Below, in pieces: positions 29,691 through 39,823 of a stretch of DNA of 64,000 nucleotides; position 1 is the first letter of the stretch; every line of letters starts with the position of its first letter. This stretch comes from Candidatus Nomurabacteria bacterium. Its GTDB lineage: Bacteria > Patescibacteriota > Minisyncoccia > Phycocordibacterales > UBA9973. Both the position numbers and the translations under genes were made by a program. The stretch covers positions 23,634 through 87,633 of the forward strand of contig JAHFNJ010000002.1 of NCBI GenBank assembly GCA_023267375.1. Direction: 5' to 3'. The notes beneath the pieces were generated by a model. That model saw nothing but the letters and a program-made list of their open reading frames with translations. It ran no database searches and was not told the origin of the DNA.

Positions 29691-30263
29691 ATGCCAACTG
29701 AACCAATTTTTCAGCCAACGTATATTAACCTTGAATACTTTTTCAATAAAATCCTCGATATCGTCGGATGGATTTTTAGCTTTTTCACGAGTAGTCATTC
29801 ATGGGGAATTGTTGATACGTTAGTAAAGCTTGGTATTATTTTTTTCCTCTCGATTATTTTTTACGCGTACATCCGTATTCTTGAAATCCGCAGAATGGAA
29901 AGAGATCACTTGGCTCATGCTGCACATGCGGCTATTGCCCCAGAACCGAAGAACCAGAAGTGGGAAGATGTCTTGACGCGTGTTTCTTCCGACAATCCTT
30001 CTGACTGGCGTTTGGCGATTATCGAAGCAGATACGATCCTCGATGAAATTTTGGCGGGGGTTGTGCCAGAAGGCGAGACATTGGGTGATCGACTCAAGAA
30101 GCTTTCACCTGGCGGTTTTCGTACGATCCAGAGCGCATGGGATGCACACACTGTTCGCAATAAGATTGCGCACCAGGGTTCTGATTTTGAAATTACTCGC
30201 CAAGAAGCTCGCCGCATCATCAACCTATACGAAGAAGTATTTCAGGAATTTAAATATATTTAG
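29691..30263 (+). CDS. Conserved hypothetical membrane protein
   Basis: TM helix followed by WRLAIIEAD...AWDAHTVRNKIAH. Confidence 0.7.
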   Translation: MPTEPIFQPTYINLEYFFNKILDIVGWIFSFFTSSHSWGIVDTLVKLGIIFFLSIIFYAYIRILEIRRMERDHLAHAAHAAIAPEPKNQKWEDVLTRVSSDNPSDWRLAIIEADTILDEILAGVVPEGETLGDRLKKLSPGGFRTIQSAWDAHTVRNKIAHQGSDFEITRQEARRIINLYEEVFQEFKYI

Positions 30264-30264
30264 T

Positions 30265-30651
30265 ATGCAACCAGATGAAGAAAAAAGAATCCCACTTGTA
30301 AATGGGCATTCTGCTAGTTTGCAAATGTGTCGACAGTATCTCGGTAAGAAAGTAGCTATTATTATCGACCAAGCATACGGCACTGAGTATAAAGGCACAC
30401 GTTATGAGGCGAATTATGGGTACATTCCTAATACGATCGCTCCAGACGGTGAAGGTCTTGATGTCTATTTTCTAGGGCCAAAAGAACCTCTCGAACAAGC
30501 CCAAGGTATTTGTATTGCCGTTATCCACCGTTTAGAAGATGACGATGATAAGTTAATTCTAGTTCCCGAAGGAGTTGCTCTTTCTGATCAAGAAATAGAA
30601 AATGCGGTTAATTTTCGAGAGCAGTTTTTTAAACATGTCATTGTGCGGTAA
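30265..30651 (+). CDS. Inorganic pyrophosphatase-like protein
   Basis: NYGYIPNT..PDGEGLDV..DDDKLI; the ATG at 30265 avoids overlap with the upstream gene. Confidence 0.85.
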   Translation: MQPDEEKRIPLVNGHSASLQMCRQYLGKKVAIIIDQAYGTEYKGTRYEANYGYIPNTIAPDGEGLDVYFLGPKEPLEQAQGICIAVIHRLEDDDDKLILVPEGVALSDQEIENAVNFREQFFKHVIVR

Positions 30652-30688
30652 ATAAAGCACTTAATTTCACTATGGTATAATCCTCCCT

Positions 30689-31579
30689 ATGCAGGAGGAT
30701 AAACAAAAGATTGAGACAGAAATACAGGAGCTTGAAGCCCGTATGGCTTCGGCTGATTTTTGGACAGATAAGACACAGGCTCAGTCAGTTATTAAGACTA
30801 TTGCCGAACTCAAAGAAAAGCTCTCGGGGATGGGGAAATATGATAAAGGGAACGCTATTATCACCATTTTTTCAGGGGCCGGCGGGGATGACGCTGAGGA
30901 TTTCTCCGCAATGCTCTTCCGAATGTATGAAAAATTCGCTGCACGGCGTAATTTCGAGCTTTCGATCCTGCATCGTAACCAAAATGACCACGGCGGGTTC
31001 CGAAACATCACTTTTGAGGTGGCGGGGAAGGGAGCGTATGGTATACTAAAAAACGAGTCCGGCGTGCATCGTCTTGTCCGGATCTCTCCGTTTAATGCAA
31101 AGAAGCTTCGCCACACTTCATTTTCGATGGTGGAAGTCATTCCGAAATTCGCGAAGACTGATGCAGCTGATATGGTGGTGCCTGAAAGCGATTTACGGAT
31201 AGAATTTTCACGTGCTGGCGGCCCTGGTGGGCAAAACGTGAACAAGCGTGAGACTGCGGTGCGTATTGTACATATCCCAACCAATATTGCCGTCCACGTA
31301 AATGCTGAGCGGTCACAGGAACAAAATCGCGAACAAGCAATGAACTTGCTCCGGGCAAAACTGTATAAGCGGAGCGAAGAGGAACGTCTCGCAAAGGAGA
31401 AGGGCATGTATATTTCCAAGACAACGGAGATTGAATGGGGGAACCAGATTCGTTCGTACGTCATTCATCCATACAAAATGGTGAAAGATCACCGAACAGA
31501 TGTCGAAACGGCGAATGTGAGTGCTGTTCTCGATGAAGGAGACCTTGATGCATTTATAGAAGCAGAAAGTAAGTTATAA
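30689..31579 (+). CDS. prfB: Peptide chain release factor 2, short domain 1
   Basis: GVHRLVRISPF (SPF specificity motif), GGQ, WGNQIRSY. Confidence 0.92.
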   Translation: MQEDKQKIETEIQELEARMASADFWTDKTQAQSVIKTIAELKEKLSGMGKYDKGNAIITIFSGAGGDDAEDFSAMLFRMYEKFAARRNFELSILHRNQNDHGGFRNITFEVAGKGAYGILKNESGVHRLVRISPFNAKKLRHTSFSMVEVIPKFAKTDAADMVVPESDLRIEFSRAGGPGGQNVNKRETAVRIVHIPTNIAVHVNAERSQEQNREQAMNLLRAKLYKRSEEERLAKEKGMYISKTTEIEWGNQIRSYVIHPYKMVKDHRTDVETANVSAVLDEGDLDAFIEAESKL

Positions 31580-31604
31580 AGTTCGTAAAGTAGAATTTAT
31601 TTCT

Positions 31605-31639
31605 CTAGAACCTAGCAGCTAGAACCTAAAACCTAACCC
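31605..31639. repeat. Heptamer tandem array (CTAnnnn)5
   Basis: ctagaac ctagcag ctagaac ctaaaac ctaaccc, directly before ftsE. Confidence 0.65.
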
Positions 31640-31640
31640 T

Positions 31641-32321
31641 ATGATTTATTTCAACAACGTATCAAAAATATATCCAAATAAATCAACATCACTTGCGGAT
31701 ATCAACCTCTCGATTTCTCCAGGTGAGTTCGTGTCTATTGTCGGACACTCAGGCGCCGGGAAAACCACGCTCATTAAATTGATTTTGGCTGAAGAGCGTC
31801 CAACTGCTGGTACTATCTTTTTTGAATCGATTGATATTCACAAATTGAACAGTCGCGACATCACGAAGCTTCGCAAGCGTATTGGTGTTGTTTTTCAAGA
31901 TTTTCGTCTTTTGCCAAACAAGAATGCATATGAAAATATTGCATTCGCTATGGAAGCAGCGGGTAAAAGCGATGAAGAAATTGCTTCAGATGTTCCGCAC
32001 GTTCTTGAATTAGTGGATCTTACATCGAAAATGTATCATTTCCCTCATCAGCTTTCTGGTGGGGAACGTCAGCGCCTTGCCATTGCTCGCGCCATCATCA
32101 ATCAGCCTGAGCTCATTATTGCCGATGAACCGACAGGAAACCTTGACCCTATCAATACCTACGAAGTAGTGCAGATTTTAAAGAAGATAAACGACTTAGG
32201 TACCACTATCATTCTCACGACACACAATCGTGGGGTTGTTGAATCTATTGGTAAACGGGTGGTAACACTCGATGGTGGGAAGGTTGTTCGCGATGACAAA
32301 GATGGGAAGTACAGTATTTAG
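31641..32321 (+). CDS. ftsE: Cell division ATP-binding protein FtsE
   Basis: GHSGAGKTT, VFQDFRLL, LSGGE, ADEPTGNLD. Confidence 0.93.
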   Translation: MIYFNNVSKIYPNKSTSLADINLSISPGEFVSIVGHSGAGKTTLIKLILAEERPTAGTIFFESIDIHKLNSRDITKLRKRIGVVFQDFRLLPNKNAYENIAFAMEAAGKSDEEIASDVPHVLELVDLTSKMYHFPHQLSGGERQRLAIARAIINQPELIIADEPTGNLDPINTYEVVQILKKINDLGTTIILTTHNRGVVESIGKRVVTLDGGKVVRDDKDGKYSI

Positions 32322-32373
32322 TAAAAAATGATAAGATAGAGAATCAGTAATTATTTATTTTTATATATCACAC

Positions 32374-33297
32374 ATGTTCTGGACTAGTACTAAAAGAGTT
32401 ATACGTGCAGGATTCATTAATTTCAGACGAAATGGCACAATTTCGACTGCCGCAGTATTAATCACCACTGTCACCCTCTCAGTCATTGCTGGTCTCATTC
32501 TTCTTCAAGCTGTCCTTCATTTTTCACTTGCTCAAATCAAGGATAAGGTAGACGTAACTATTTATTTCACCACAACTGCTAAAGAAGAGCAGATCATGAC
32601 ACTAAAGTCATCTCTTGAAAAATTGCCTGAGGTTGCGACAGTCTCATATATTTCTGCTGAACAAGCACTTACTGATTTTCGTGAGCGTCACCAAGATGAT
32701 TACCTTACTATTCAAGCGCTCGATGAGGTGGGGAGCAACCCGCTTGGCGCTGAGCTTGATATAAAAGCGAAAGATCCATCACAATATGAAAGTATCTCAA
32801 ATTTCCTTGAGGGGGATACCGATGTAGCGCAGAGCGCGAATACGGTGATCGAAAAAGTAAACTACCATCAGAACAAAGTTGTTATCGATCGTCTGAATGC
32901 AATTACTGCTGGAGCTGAGAAGCTTGGTTTTGGTATTACACTCGTGCTTGTTATCGTTTCTATTCTCATTATGTTCAATACCATTCGCTTAACAATCTTT
33001 ATTGCTCGAGAAGAGATCGGAGTGATGCGCTTAGTGGGAGCTGACAATCGCTATATTCGTGGACCGTTTTTGATGGAAGGAGTGATTTATGGTACTATCT
33101 CATCTGTTCTTGCCATGGCTCTCTATTATCCGCTGACACTCTACCTTGGCAAACACATGACAGACTTTTTTGGTATGAACGTGTTCGAGTATTACCTTTC
33201 GAATTTCTTCCAGATATTCTTGATCATTCTTGTTTCCGGTATCATCCTTGGTTCCATTTCAAGCTTTATTGCAGTTAAAAAGTATTTGAAAAAATAG
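32374..33297 (+). CDS. ftsX: Cell division permease FtsX
   Basis: NTIRL...REEIGVMRLVGA...IRGPF. Confidence 0.93.
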   Translation: MFWTSTKRVIRAGFINFRRNGTISTAAVLITTVTLSVIAGLILLQAVLHFSLAQIKDKVDVTIYFTTTAKEEQIMTLKSSLEKLPEVATVSYISAEQALTDFRERHQDDYLTIQALDEVGSNPLGAELDIKAKDPSQYESISNFLEGDTDVAQSANTVIEKVNYHQNKVVIDRLNAITAGAEKLGFGITLVLVIVSILIMFNTIRLTIFIAREEIGVMRLVGADNRYIRGPFLMEGVIYGTISSVLAMALYYPLTLYLGKHMTDFFGMNVFEYYLSNFFQIFLIILVSGIILGSISSFIAVKKYLKK

Positions 33298-33304
33298 CTA
33301 TTAC

Positions 33305-34963
33305 ATGAAGAAACAAAACCCAAAATACATATTTGTGGTGGGAGGCGTTATTTCCGGAGTAGGGAAAGGCATTACCTCCTCCTCAATTGGGAAAATTCTT
33401 CAAGACCGCGGACTTACAGTAACCGCGATTAAAATAGATCCATATGTGAACGTTGATGCTGGTACCATGAACCCGACTGAACACGGCGAAGTTTTTGTGC
33501 TTGAAGACGGCGATGAGACCGATCAGGACATGGGTAACTACGAGCGCTTTTTAAACACGACACTCTCACGCATAAACTATATGACAACGGGCCGCGTCTA
33601 TCAGAGCGTGATTGAGGCTGAGCGCTCTATGGCATACGAAGGAAAATGTGTACAGGTAGTACCGCACATTCCGCTTGAGGTTGTTCGTCGCATTAAGCTT
33701 GCGCAGAAAAATGCCAAGGCTGATGTTGTGGTTATTGAAATTGGGGGGACGATCGGCGAGTACGAAAACATTCTGTTTTTGGAAGCTGCTCGCATGATGA
33801 AGATTGAAACTCCCGATGATGTCCTCTTTGTCATGGTGTCGTATCTTCCTGTTCCGTCGACAGTGGGAGAAATGAAGACAAAGCCAACTCAGCACGCCGT
33901 ACGTACCCTAAATGCTTCAGGTATTCAGCCAGATATTTTGATTGCACGAAGTGTTACTGCTCTCGATGAAAAGCGTAAAGAAAAAATCGCCTACTTCTGC
34001 AATGTGCCGATCAATCATATTATTTCTGCTCCGGACGTAGAGAGTGTCTATGATGTACCACTCAATTTCGAAAAAGAAAAACTTTCCGAACGGCTTTGCA
34101 ATCTACTCTCTACAAAGTGTGGCTCAAAAGTGGGGGAGAATGAAAAGAAGTGGAAACAGTTTGCTTCTAATGTGCATAATGCGAAGGATGAAGTAAAAAT
34201 CGCTATCATCGGCAAATATTTTGATACTGGCGATTTCACGCTCTCTGATTCGTATCTTTCTGTTATTGAAGCAGTGAAGTACTCTGCATTTTGGCAAAAG
34301 CGAAAGCCTGTATTGACCTGGCTGAATGCAATCGATTTCGAGAATGATCCGAAAAAAGTAAAAGAACTTGCAAAGTATGACGGTGTCATTGTTCCTGGCG
34401 GCTTCGGTAAGCGCGGTATTGAAGGGAAGATGAATGTCATCCGTTATGTGCGTGAGAATAAAATCCCATACTTCGGTCTCTGCTATGGTATGCAGCTTGC
34501 GGTCATTGAATATGCTCGTACTGTCGCAAAGATTACTGGCGCTATCACAAAAGAGGTAGATCCTACTGCTAAGAATCTTGTCATTACTACTATGGATGGT
34601 CAGGAAGAGAATTTGAAGAATAAGCGCTATGGCGGCAGTATGCGTTTGGGTGGCTATAAAGCGCTCCTAAAAGAAGGAACAATTGCTCGCAAGGCTTATG
34701 GCGCTAGTGAAGTCACCGAACGTCATCGCCACCGTTTTGAAGTGAATATGGACTATGTCAAAGAACTCACCGACAAAGGTCTTGTATTCTCTGGTGTTTC
34801 ACCAAGTAAAACGCTCATGGAAATCGCTGAACTGCCGAAGAGTGTGCATCCGTTTTTCTTGGGTACACAGTTTCATCCAGAATTCCTTGCTCGACCTCTC
34901 GCCCCGCATCCGCTCTTCACTGCATTTGTGAAAGCAGCAATTGAACAACGAAAAAAGAAATAG
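33305..34963 (+). CDS. pyrG: CTP synthase
   Basis: GGVISGVGKG, KTKPTQH, GLCYGMQ, QFHPE. Confidence 0.97.
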   Translation: MKKQNPKYIFVVGGVISGVGKGITSSSIGKILQDRGLTVTAIKIDPYVNVDAGTMNPTEHGEVFVLEDGDETDQDMGNYERFLNTTLSRINYMTTGRVYQSVIEAERSMAYEGKCVQVVPHIPLEVVRRIKLAQKNAKADVVVIEIGGTIGEYENILFLEAARMMKIETPDDVLFVMVSYLPVPSTVGEMKTKPTQHAVRTLNASGIQPDILIARSVTALDEKRKEKIAYFCNVPINHIISAPDVESVYDVPLNFEKEKLSERLCNLLSTKCGSKVGENEKKWKQFASNVHNAKDEVKIAIIGKYFDTGDFTLSDSYLSVIEAVKYSAFWQKRKPVLTWLNAIDFENDPKKVKELAKYDGVIVPGGFGKRGIEGKMNVIRYVRENKIPYFGLCYGMQLAVIEYARTVAKITGAITKEVDPTAKNLVITTMDGQEENLKNKRYGGSMRLGGYKALLKEGTIARKAYGASEVTERHRHRFEVNMDYVKELTDKGLVFSGVSPSKTLMEIAELPKSVHPFFLGTQFHPEFLARPLAPHPLFTAFVKAAIEQRKKK

Positions 34964-34966
34964 TTT

Positions 34967-35827
34967 ATGACACTTGGAATTATATTCGCACTGGTCGCCA
35001 TGCTCTCGTGGGGTTTTGGTGACTTTTTTATTCAGAAAGGAACGAGAAAAATAGGTGACGTAGAAACGCTCGCATGGATTGGGATTTTTGGATCCATTGG
35101 ACTTGTTCCATTTATATACAATGATCTTACCCTTGTATTAGAACGATCAAATTTTCTGATACTCCTTTCTTTGGGTGTGGTGACATTCTTGGTGGGTATT
35201 ATGAATTTTGAAGCGTTACGGAGAGGGAAGCTTTCTGTCGTAGAAGTACTTTTAGAGCTTGAGCTTCCCATCACCGTAATTCTCGGAATATTTTTTCTCC
35301 GAGAACATTTGACGCTTACGCAGGTCCTCATCCTCTGTTTTATTTTTGTGGGAATATTAATGATTGCCCTTAAACCTGGGCAGGTCAGGGGGAGACATTT
35401 TTTTGAAAAAGGCGCAGTGTTGGCACTTGGTGCTGCTATCGGCTATGGCCTCATAAATTTTTTGACAGCTGTCGGAGCAAAAGAAATAGCTCCACTGCTC
35501 ACTATTTGGTGTACCTGGGTAACATTTACCGTTATCTGTCTTGGCTATTTGTTTGCAAAGGGAAGAATAAAAAGCTTTGCACATCAGTTTAGCAAGTATA
35601 CAACCCTGATTATTGCGATGGGGGTCATTGATACTGTGGCATGGATCTTTTTTGCGCTTGCTTTAGAAAATAAAGAACTTGCTGTTACTATTGCTATCAC
35701 CGAAAGTTATCCGGCGGTTTCTCTCTTTTTAGGAAGTGTCGTCAATAAAGAAAAAATTGCAACTATTCAATTTTTTGGCGCGTTCCTGACCATTGTCGCC
35801 AGTATTGTTATGGCGTTACTCTATTAG
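34967..35827 (+). CDS. EamA/DMT family transporter
   Basis: About 10 TM helices in two repeats. Confidence 0.85.
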   Translation: MTLGIIFALVAMLSWGFGDFFIQKGTRKIGDVETLAWIGIFGSIGLVPFIYNDLTLVLERSNFLILLSLGVVTFLVGIMNFEALRRGKLSVVEVLLELELPITVILGIFFLREHLTLTQVLILCFIFVGILMIALKPGQVRGRHFFEKGAVLALGAAIGYGLINFLTAVGAKEIAPLLTIWCTWVTFTVICLGYLFAKGRIKSFAHQFSKYTTLIIAMGVIDTVAWIFFALALENKELAVTIAITESYPAVSLFLGSVVNKEKIATIQFFGAFLTIVASIVMALLY

Positions 35828-35836
35828 TAGTCTGGG

Positions 35837-36607
35837 CTATTGTTTCTTAAGGATGTCCTTCTTGAAGTGTTTTAAATAGGCAACCAAGATAAAGCTGATT
35901 ATAACCATCAGAAACCACGAGGTTATTTTATTTGTTGAAACAATGTTCCATGCATGAATTTGGTCGGGGTATTTCCAAGCACCAAGATAGGTAGAAATAT
36001 TCTCAGCAATCCAAATAAAGAAGGCAATTAAAAGAAAGGCAATATTCAACGGCATGGAGCGGCGAACAGTTGTTACGGTAAAATACACTTTTACTTTGAA
36101 GAATAGTATAAAGACAGCCGCTATGAGAAAAATACGAAAATCATACATAAAATGATTAGTAAAAAAGTTAAGGTAAATCAAGAAGCAAAGCAAAACGCTC
36201 CAGATATATCGCCCGTAGTGTACTAATTCCAGTTTAAATATTTTCCAAGCCTGACTCAAATAGCTCCCGATTGCTGCGTACATGAATCCGCTGTAAAGAG
36301 GCACGGTAGCAATTTTTAAAAATCCAGCCTCCGGGTAGCTCCACGAGCCAACTCCGGGACTTGTTTTGTAGAGCTCTAAAACAAGTCCAATGATGTGAAA
36401 TAAGAAAATAACTTTTACTTCATCTTTTGTTTCAAGTTTGGTGAAGTAGAGAATGGCTTGTATCAGAACGGCGGTGATGAAAAGAAAATCATACCGAGCC
36501 AGTCCAAAAAGGGGAATATGGTTTGAAAGAAAAAGAAGCAGAAAAAAAGACCCCGCAAATATCGCGGCTCGAGCCTGTTTGACGCCGAAAACGAGGAATT
36601 CTTTCAT
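35837..36607 (-). CDS. DUF817 family membrane protein
   Basis: RYD, FHIIG..LELYK, VPLYSGFMY, WIAENI. Confidence 0.85.
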   Translation of the reverse strand: MKEFLVFGVKQARAAIFAGSFFLLLFLSNHIPLFGLARYDFLFITAVLIQAILYFTKLETKDEVKVIFLFHIIGLVLELYKTSPGVGSWSYPEAGFLKIATVPLYSGFMYAAIGSYLSQAWKIFKLELVHYGRYIWSVLLCFLIYLNFFTNHFMYDFRIFLIAAVFILFFKVKVYFTVTTVRRSMPLNIAFLLIAFFIWIAENISTYLGAWKYPDQIHAWNIVSTNKITSWFLMVIISFILVAYLKHFKKDILKKQ

Positions 36608-36613
36608 CTATAA

Positions 36614-37171
36614 CTAAATCGCTGCCCCATCACCGAGACCCATCTGTGCTTTGTAGTGTTTGATCACCTCCGGGTGTTTGCCTTCCTTGCACTCTGCAAT
36701 AAATGTGTCAGCACTCGCGGAATCAGGGAATGTCATATACGCCAGGGCGGATTCGCAGACAACAGTAATATTGAGTTTGCCACTGCTTACAGGAGCTGGT
36801 TCGATCATCTTTGTAATAGTAAAGATTCCCTTCATATTGTATTTTGCCCAATGATCTGAGCTTAGTGCTTCCTTGATAACGACAAAACCCTCTGCGGTTA
36901 TGTGTTCATTCGCTTGAAATTGTTCCATTACACTTGCTGATTCACCGAAATTCACCGCATAGTAGAGGCCATCATCCGTCTTAAGCCCAAAGGCGCATTC
37001 GTCAGTTTGTGGTCCGCTTGTGTCTGTATGTGGAAGACACACATAGGTGCCAGAGAGGGTGGTATTTTGAGGAGTCGAATCAAGGGGAGCTTTTTCGGGA
37101 GAATTGATAATAAGGTATCCAGCGATGCCAGCAACGATAATAATTAAAATAGCAATAATATTTTTATTCAT
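36614..37171 (-). CDS. Membrane-anchored hypothetical protein
   Basis: N-terminal TM, CLPH...ECAFG, C-terminal CESALAYMTF...C.EG.HP; TATACT 6 nt before the ATG. Confidence 0.75.
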   Translation of the reverse strand: MNKNIIAILIIIVAGIAGYLIINSPEKAPLDSTPQNTTLSGTYVCLPHTDTSGPQTDECAFGLKTDDGLYYAVNFGESASVMEQFQANEHITAEGFVVIKEALSSDHWAKYNMKGIFTITKMIEPAPVSSGKLNITVVCESALAYMTFPDSASADTFIAECKEGKHPEVIKHYKAQMGLGDGAAI

Positions 37172-37216
37172 GAGTAAAGTATACACCTTTTGAGAACTTC
37201 GAAGCAAAAGAGTGTT

Positions 37217-37705
37217 TTAGAGAGGAAATTCTGTTATCACCTCATATTCTTGAGAAGGGGGATTGTAGTCTGGCGAAGCTTCTTCAAAAATTTTGTGTTC
37301 TACACGATACGACTTTTCTCCCTTGGTTATTTTAAAAAGATCTCCGATGCCAGCGGCGTAACACTGAACAGTTGCTGAACCCGGGACGCTATCTTTATCC
37401 GCATCGGGGAGTTCGTTGCAGCTACCAGGCACTGTCGCAATTAGTTTGTTGATGATTTCTTCGTTGGAATATTGCGCCTGAAGAAAAATACGAGTCTCAG
37501 GAAGGCCATCTAAATTCAATGTCGAAGCCTCCTCGAATTTCCATGTGAAGACTGGGGGTTCTTCACTTTCATTTTCTACCGGAGTAACTGCTTTTGAAGG
37601 TTCTATGCGAGAGAGATAAGCTTGATATGCAAAAATACCCCCGCCAACGATGACTAATAAAACAAAAATGAGGGTTCTACCTGTAAAGAATGTTTTTAAT
37701 GTCAT
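37217..37705 (-). CDS. Membrane-anchored hypothetical protein
   Basis: N-terminal TM, GSC...CYAAG.G. Confidence 0.7.
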   Translation of the reverse strand: MTLKTFFTGRTLIFVLLVIVGGGIFAYQAYLSRIEPSKAVTPVENESEEPPVFTWKFEEASTLNLDGLPETRIFLQAQYSNEEIINKLIATVPGSCNELPDADKDSVPGSATVQCYAAGIGDLFKITKGEKSYRVEHKIFEEASPDYNPPSQEYEVITEFPL

Positions 37706-37746
37706 TGTAATCAGATTGGAACAAGAGAGTTATTAAATATCTTAAC

Positions 37747-37932
37747 TTGCTGCCAGACTTGGACCACGAGTACGTTTTTCTCCTTCGACTCAAAATTTGC
37801 CAGTCGCAAATTTTGGTCTAGGCACCGGCTCGAATTTTTCTCTGGTGAGAAAAATATACTCCGCCGTTCGAATCCAAGACAAAAGCGCGTTCAGCGCTTT
37901 TTTCCGGCAGCATTCCTCGCTGAGTTCGTTTG
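37747..37932 (-). repeat. tRNA-associated structured element, copy 2
   Basis: 17-bp direct repeat 37747-37763 = 37930-37946, inverted T-arm copy at 37866-37878, core shared with 9839-9923. Confidence 0.8.
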
Positions 37933-38003
37933 CTGCCAGACTTGGATTCGAACCAAGATGACGACTTTCAGAGAGTCGCATCCTACCATTAGATGATCTG
38001 GCA
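37933..38003 (-). tRNA. tRNA-Gln(CTG)
   Basis: Acceptor TGCCAGA/TCTGGCA G, anticodon arm CGACT-CTCTGAA-AGTCG, GGTTCGAATCC. Confidence 0.95.
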
Positions 38004-38097
38004 ATAGGAGTAGAATATAGCTTTTTAAGCAAAAAGTAAACCATGAATACCGCTCGACTCTTTTCTTTGCCACATCTCAGCATAAGTGGAACTCCTT

Positions 38098-39561
38098 TTA
38101 TTTTTTCAGTAGTTCCATTTTAATTTGTGCTTTTATTTCCTCGAATTCTTTTTTGAGTTTTGGTTCAATAATAGAATGCGCCTCATATTCTAAAGTAGTA
38201 GGATTGGAGTACATATCTAGTTGTGCTTCGTCGTAGGTTACTCCCTCGGCTTTAGCAACTGAGTCTGTGTGATGGTAGTCTTTATTATGCCAATCCTGGT
38301 ATTTCTTTTTGTCAGTTGCATATTGCGCTGCATGGCTCAATTCAGCAATGTAATCTTCGAGTTTAAAACTACCGGTATAACTTGGTAAATGCATGGTGTT
38401 CCCAAATGAGCTATATGATGCTCTGTCATGGAAACGAGGGAATTGGCCATATACTGCCTTTGGTTTACCGTATCGTTCATTTATTCGTAAAAGGGCGACA
38501 TAGTTTAGTTTGCTCTCAAAATCGGAAATGATACCAGTGGGTTCTCCCTCACCATTTTGGAGATAGTCTTCTCGTAATGATGCTATAAAGAACTCACTAC
38601 TGTCTTCTCTTGCTAAGAATTCACGCCACTCTTTAGGTAGTTTTTTGTCTCCTGCAATAGAATGAAAAATAATAGTAGTAGTTGAATCTACCGGCTCATT
38701 CTGTAAAGCATTATTATAAACACTATCCATTTTAGACCCTAAAAATGTATCCATTTTTAGTTCTCCTCCTTTTTGAGTGGCCCAAGATAGTGCTGTAATA
38801 GAAAATGCCCAGACGGCAGTTCTGGTTGCCCATTTTTTGAACTGGGACGCCAGAGCGTCCATTATTAAGAGTTGTTTCGCAATAACGTTTTTACCAGATT
38901 GCATGTTCTCTGGCGTGAAAACTCCCAGTGCTTTCAGTCCATCTGAAAGTTTTGTGTTAAGCTGCATTTTTCTTTTTTCTTGGTACTCTCGTACGGTATC
39001 AAGAAATGCGTTTACACCATCTTCGTATCGAGCTCCCTCTAATTCCTCGTATTTTTTCCAAGCTTCAGTATACTTTTCATACACCGGATTATTATTTTCA
39101 TTCAAGAAAGTGCGCCTTGCTTCTGATGCTTGTAGGTAGGTTTCCCGTTTTCTGTCTACAACAGCATCTTCTTCAGGAAATTTTTCACGCACTAGACGAT
39201 AGAGTTCCCACTCTGCTTTGTCGTACTCATTTCTCTTCTCTCCATAGCTATTGTATAAAACCTGTGCCTCATCATGATCTTCACCAACCTCTTCTCTTTT
39301 GTCGTAATAATTATTCCAACGAGTATTTTTTTCTTCTTCCAGTATTTTTAGGGCCTGGTATTCAGTAGGGAATCGTTGCTGTAATTTCTCTTCTTCTGCG
39401 CGATATTCGTTGTATAAGAGATTAGTTTCGACGTCTAATTTTTCATAATGGCTGTTGACCATTGCCAATTGTTCTTTTGCTATCTCCAAACGAGTATGTG
39501 CCAAGCGTTCATTTGTTGGCTCAAGAACTCCTTTTGCATTTTCTGGTTTACCTTCAAGCAT
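38098..39561 (-). CDS. Hypothetical protein: coiled coil, hydrophobic segment, zincin-like C-terminus
   Basis: Long E/K/Y-rich helices, AVWAFSITALSWA, then AELSHAAQY...LEYEAH. Confidence 0.65.
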   Translation of the reverse strand: MLEGKPENAKGVLEPTNERLAHTRLEIAKEQLAMVNSHYEKLDVETNLLYNEYRAEEEKLQQRFPTEYQALKILEEEKNTRWNNYYDKREEVGEDHDEAQVLYNSYGEKRNEYDKAEWELYRLVREKFPEEDAVVDRKRETYLQASEARRTFLNENNNPVYEKYTEAWKKYEELEGARYEDGVNAFLDTVREYQEKRKMQLNTKLSDGLKALGVFTPENMQSGKNVIAKQLLIMDALASQFKKWATRTAVWAFSITALSWATQKGGELKMDTFLGSKMDSVYNNALQNEPVDSTTTIIFHSIAGDKKLPKEWREFLAREDSSEFFIASLREDYLQNGEGEPTGIISDFESKLNYVALLRINERYGKPKAVYGQFPRFHDRASYSSFGNTMHLPSYTGSFKLEDYIAELSHAAQYATDKKKYQDWHNKDYHHTDSVAKAEGVTYDEAQLDMYSNPTTLEYEAHSIIEPKLKKEFEEIKAQIKMELLKK

Positions 39562-39700
39562 TGGTATTTCTCTGTTTTTCTAAAAATATATCGATTTCTT
39601 TCTCGGCTTGTGCGTAAGTATCATCAATCTGTTCTAGCCAGTTTTTTTTAACCACATCCATCTCTTGTAAGAGTTCTTTTATTCTTGTTTTTTCGTCCAT
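39554..39700 (-). CDS. Small helical protein, 48 aa (MDEKTRIKELLQEMDVVKKNWLEQIDDTYAQAEKEIDIFLEKQRNTNA)
   Basis: Hand translation. TGaTATACT lies 6 nt before the ATG; the stop overlaps the next start (ATGCTTGA). Confidence 0.65.
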   Translation of the reverse strand: MDEKTRIKELLQEMDVVKKNWLEQIDDTYAQAEKEIDIFLEKQRNTNA

Positions 39701-39823
39701 ATAAAAAGTATATCATATTGAGCAGAGTCCTAATTTAGGGTACCTCAGGGTTATTTTAGAGCCTCTCCTGAGGTGATATACTAAGCTTGTTTTTGAGGAT
39801 TAAAAAATACCTAAAATTACTTA

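Noticed and set aside
29980..30264. N-terminal extension of the pyrophosphatase ORF; similar extensions at 14373, 20726, 23262, 42297, 48405 and 58142
   Set aside because: They overlap upstream genes, promoters or repeat elements; downstream ATGs fit the protein families better.
30781..31464. Long antisense ORFs (227 aa here; also 42796-43404, 44956-45573, 52475-53068)
   Set aside because: They shadow well-supported genes on the opposite strand and have no recognisable motifs.
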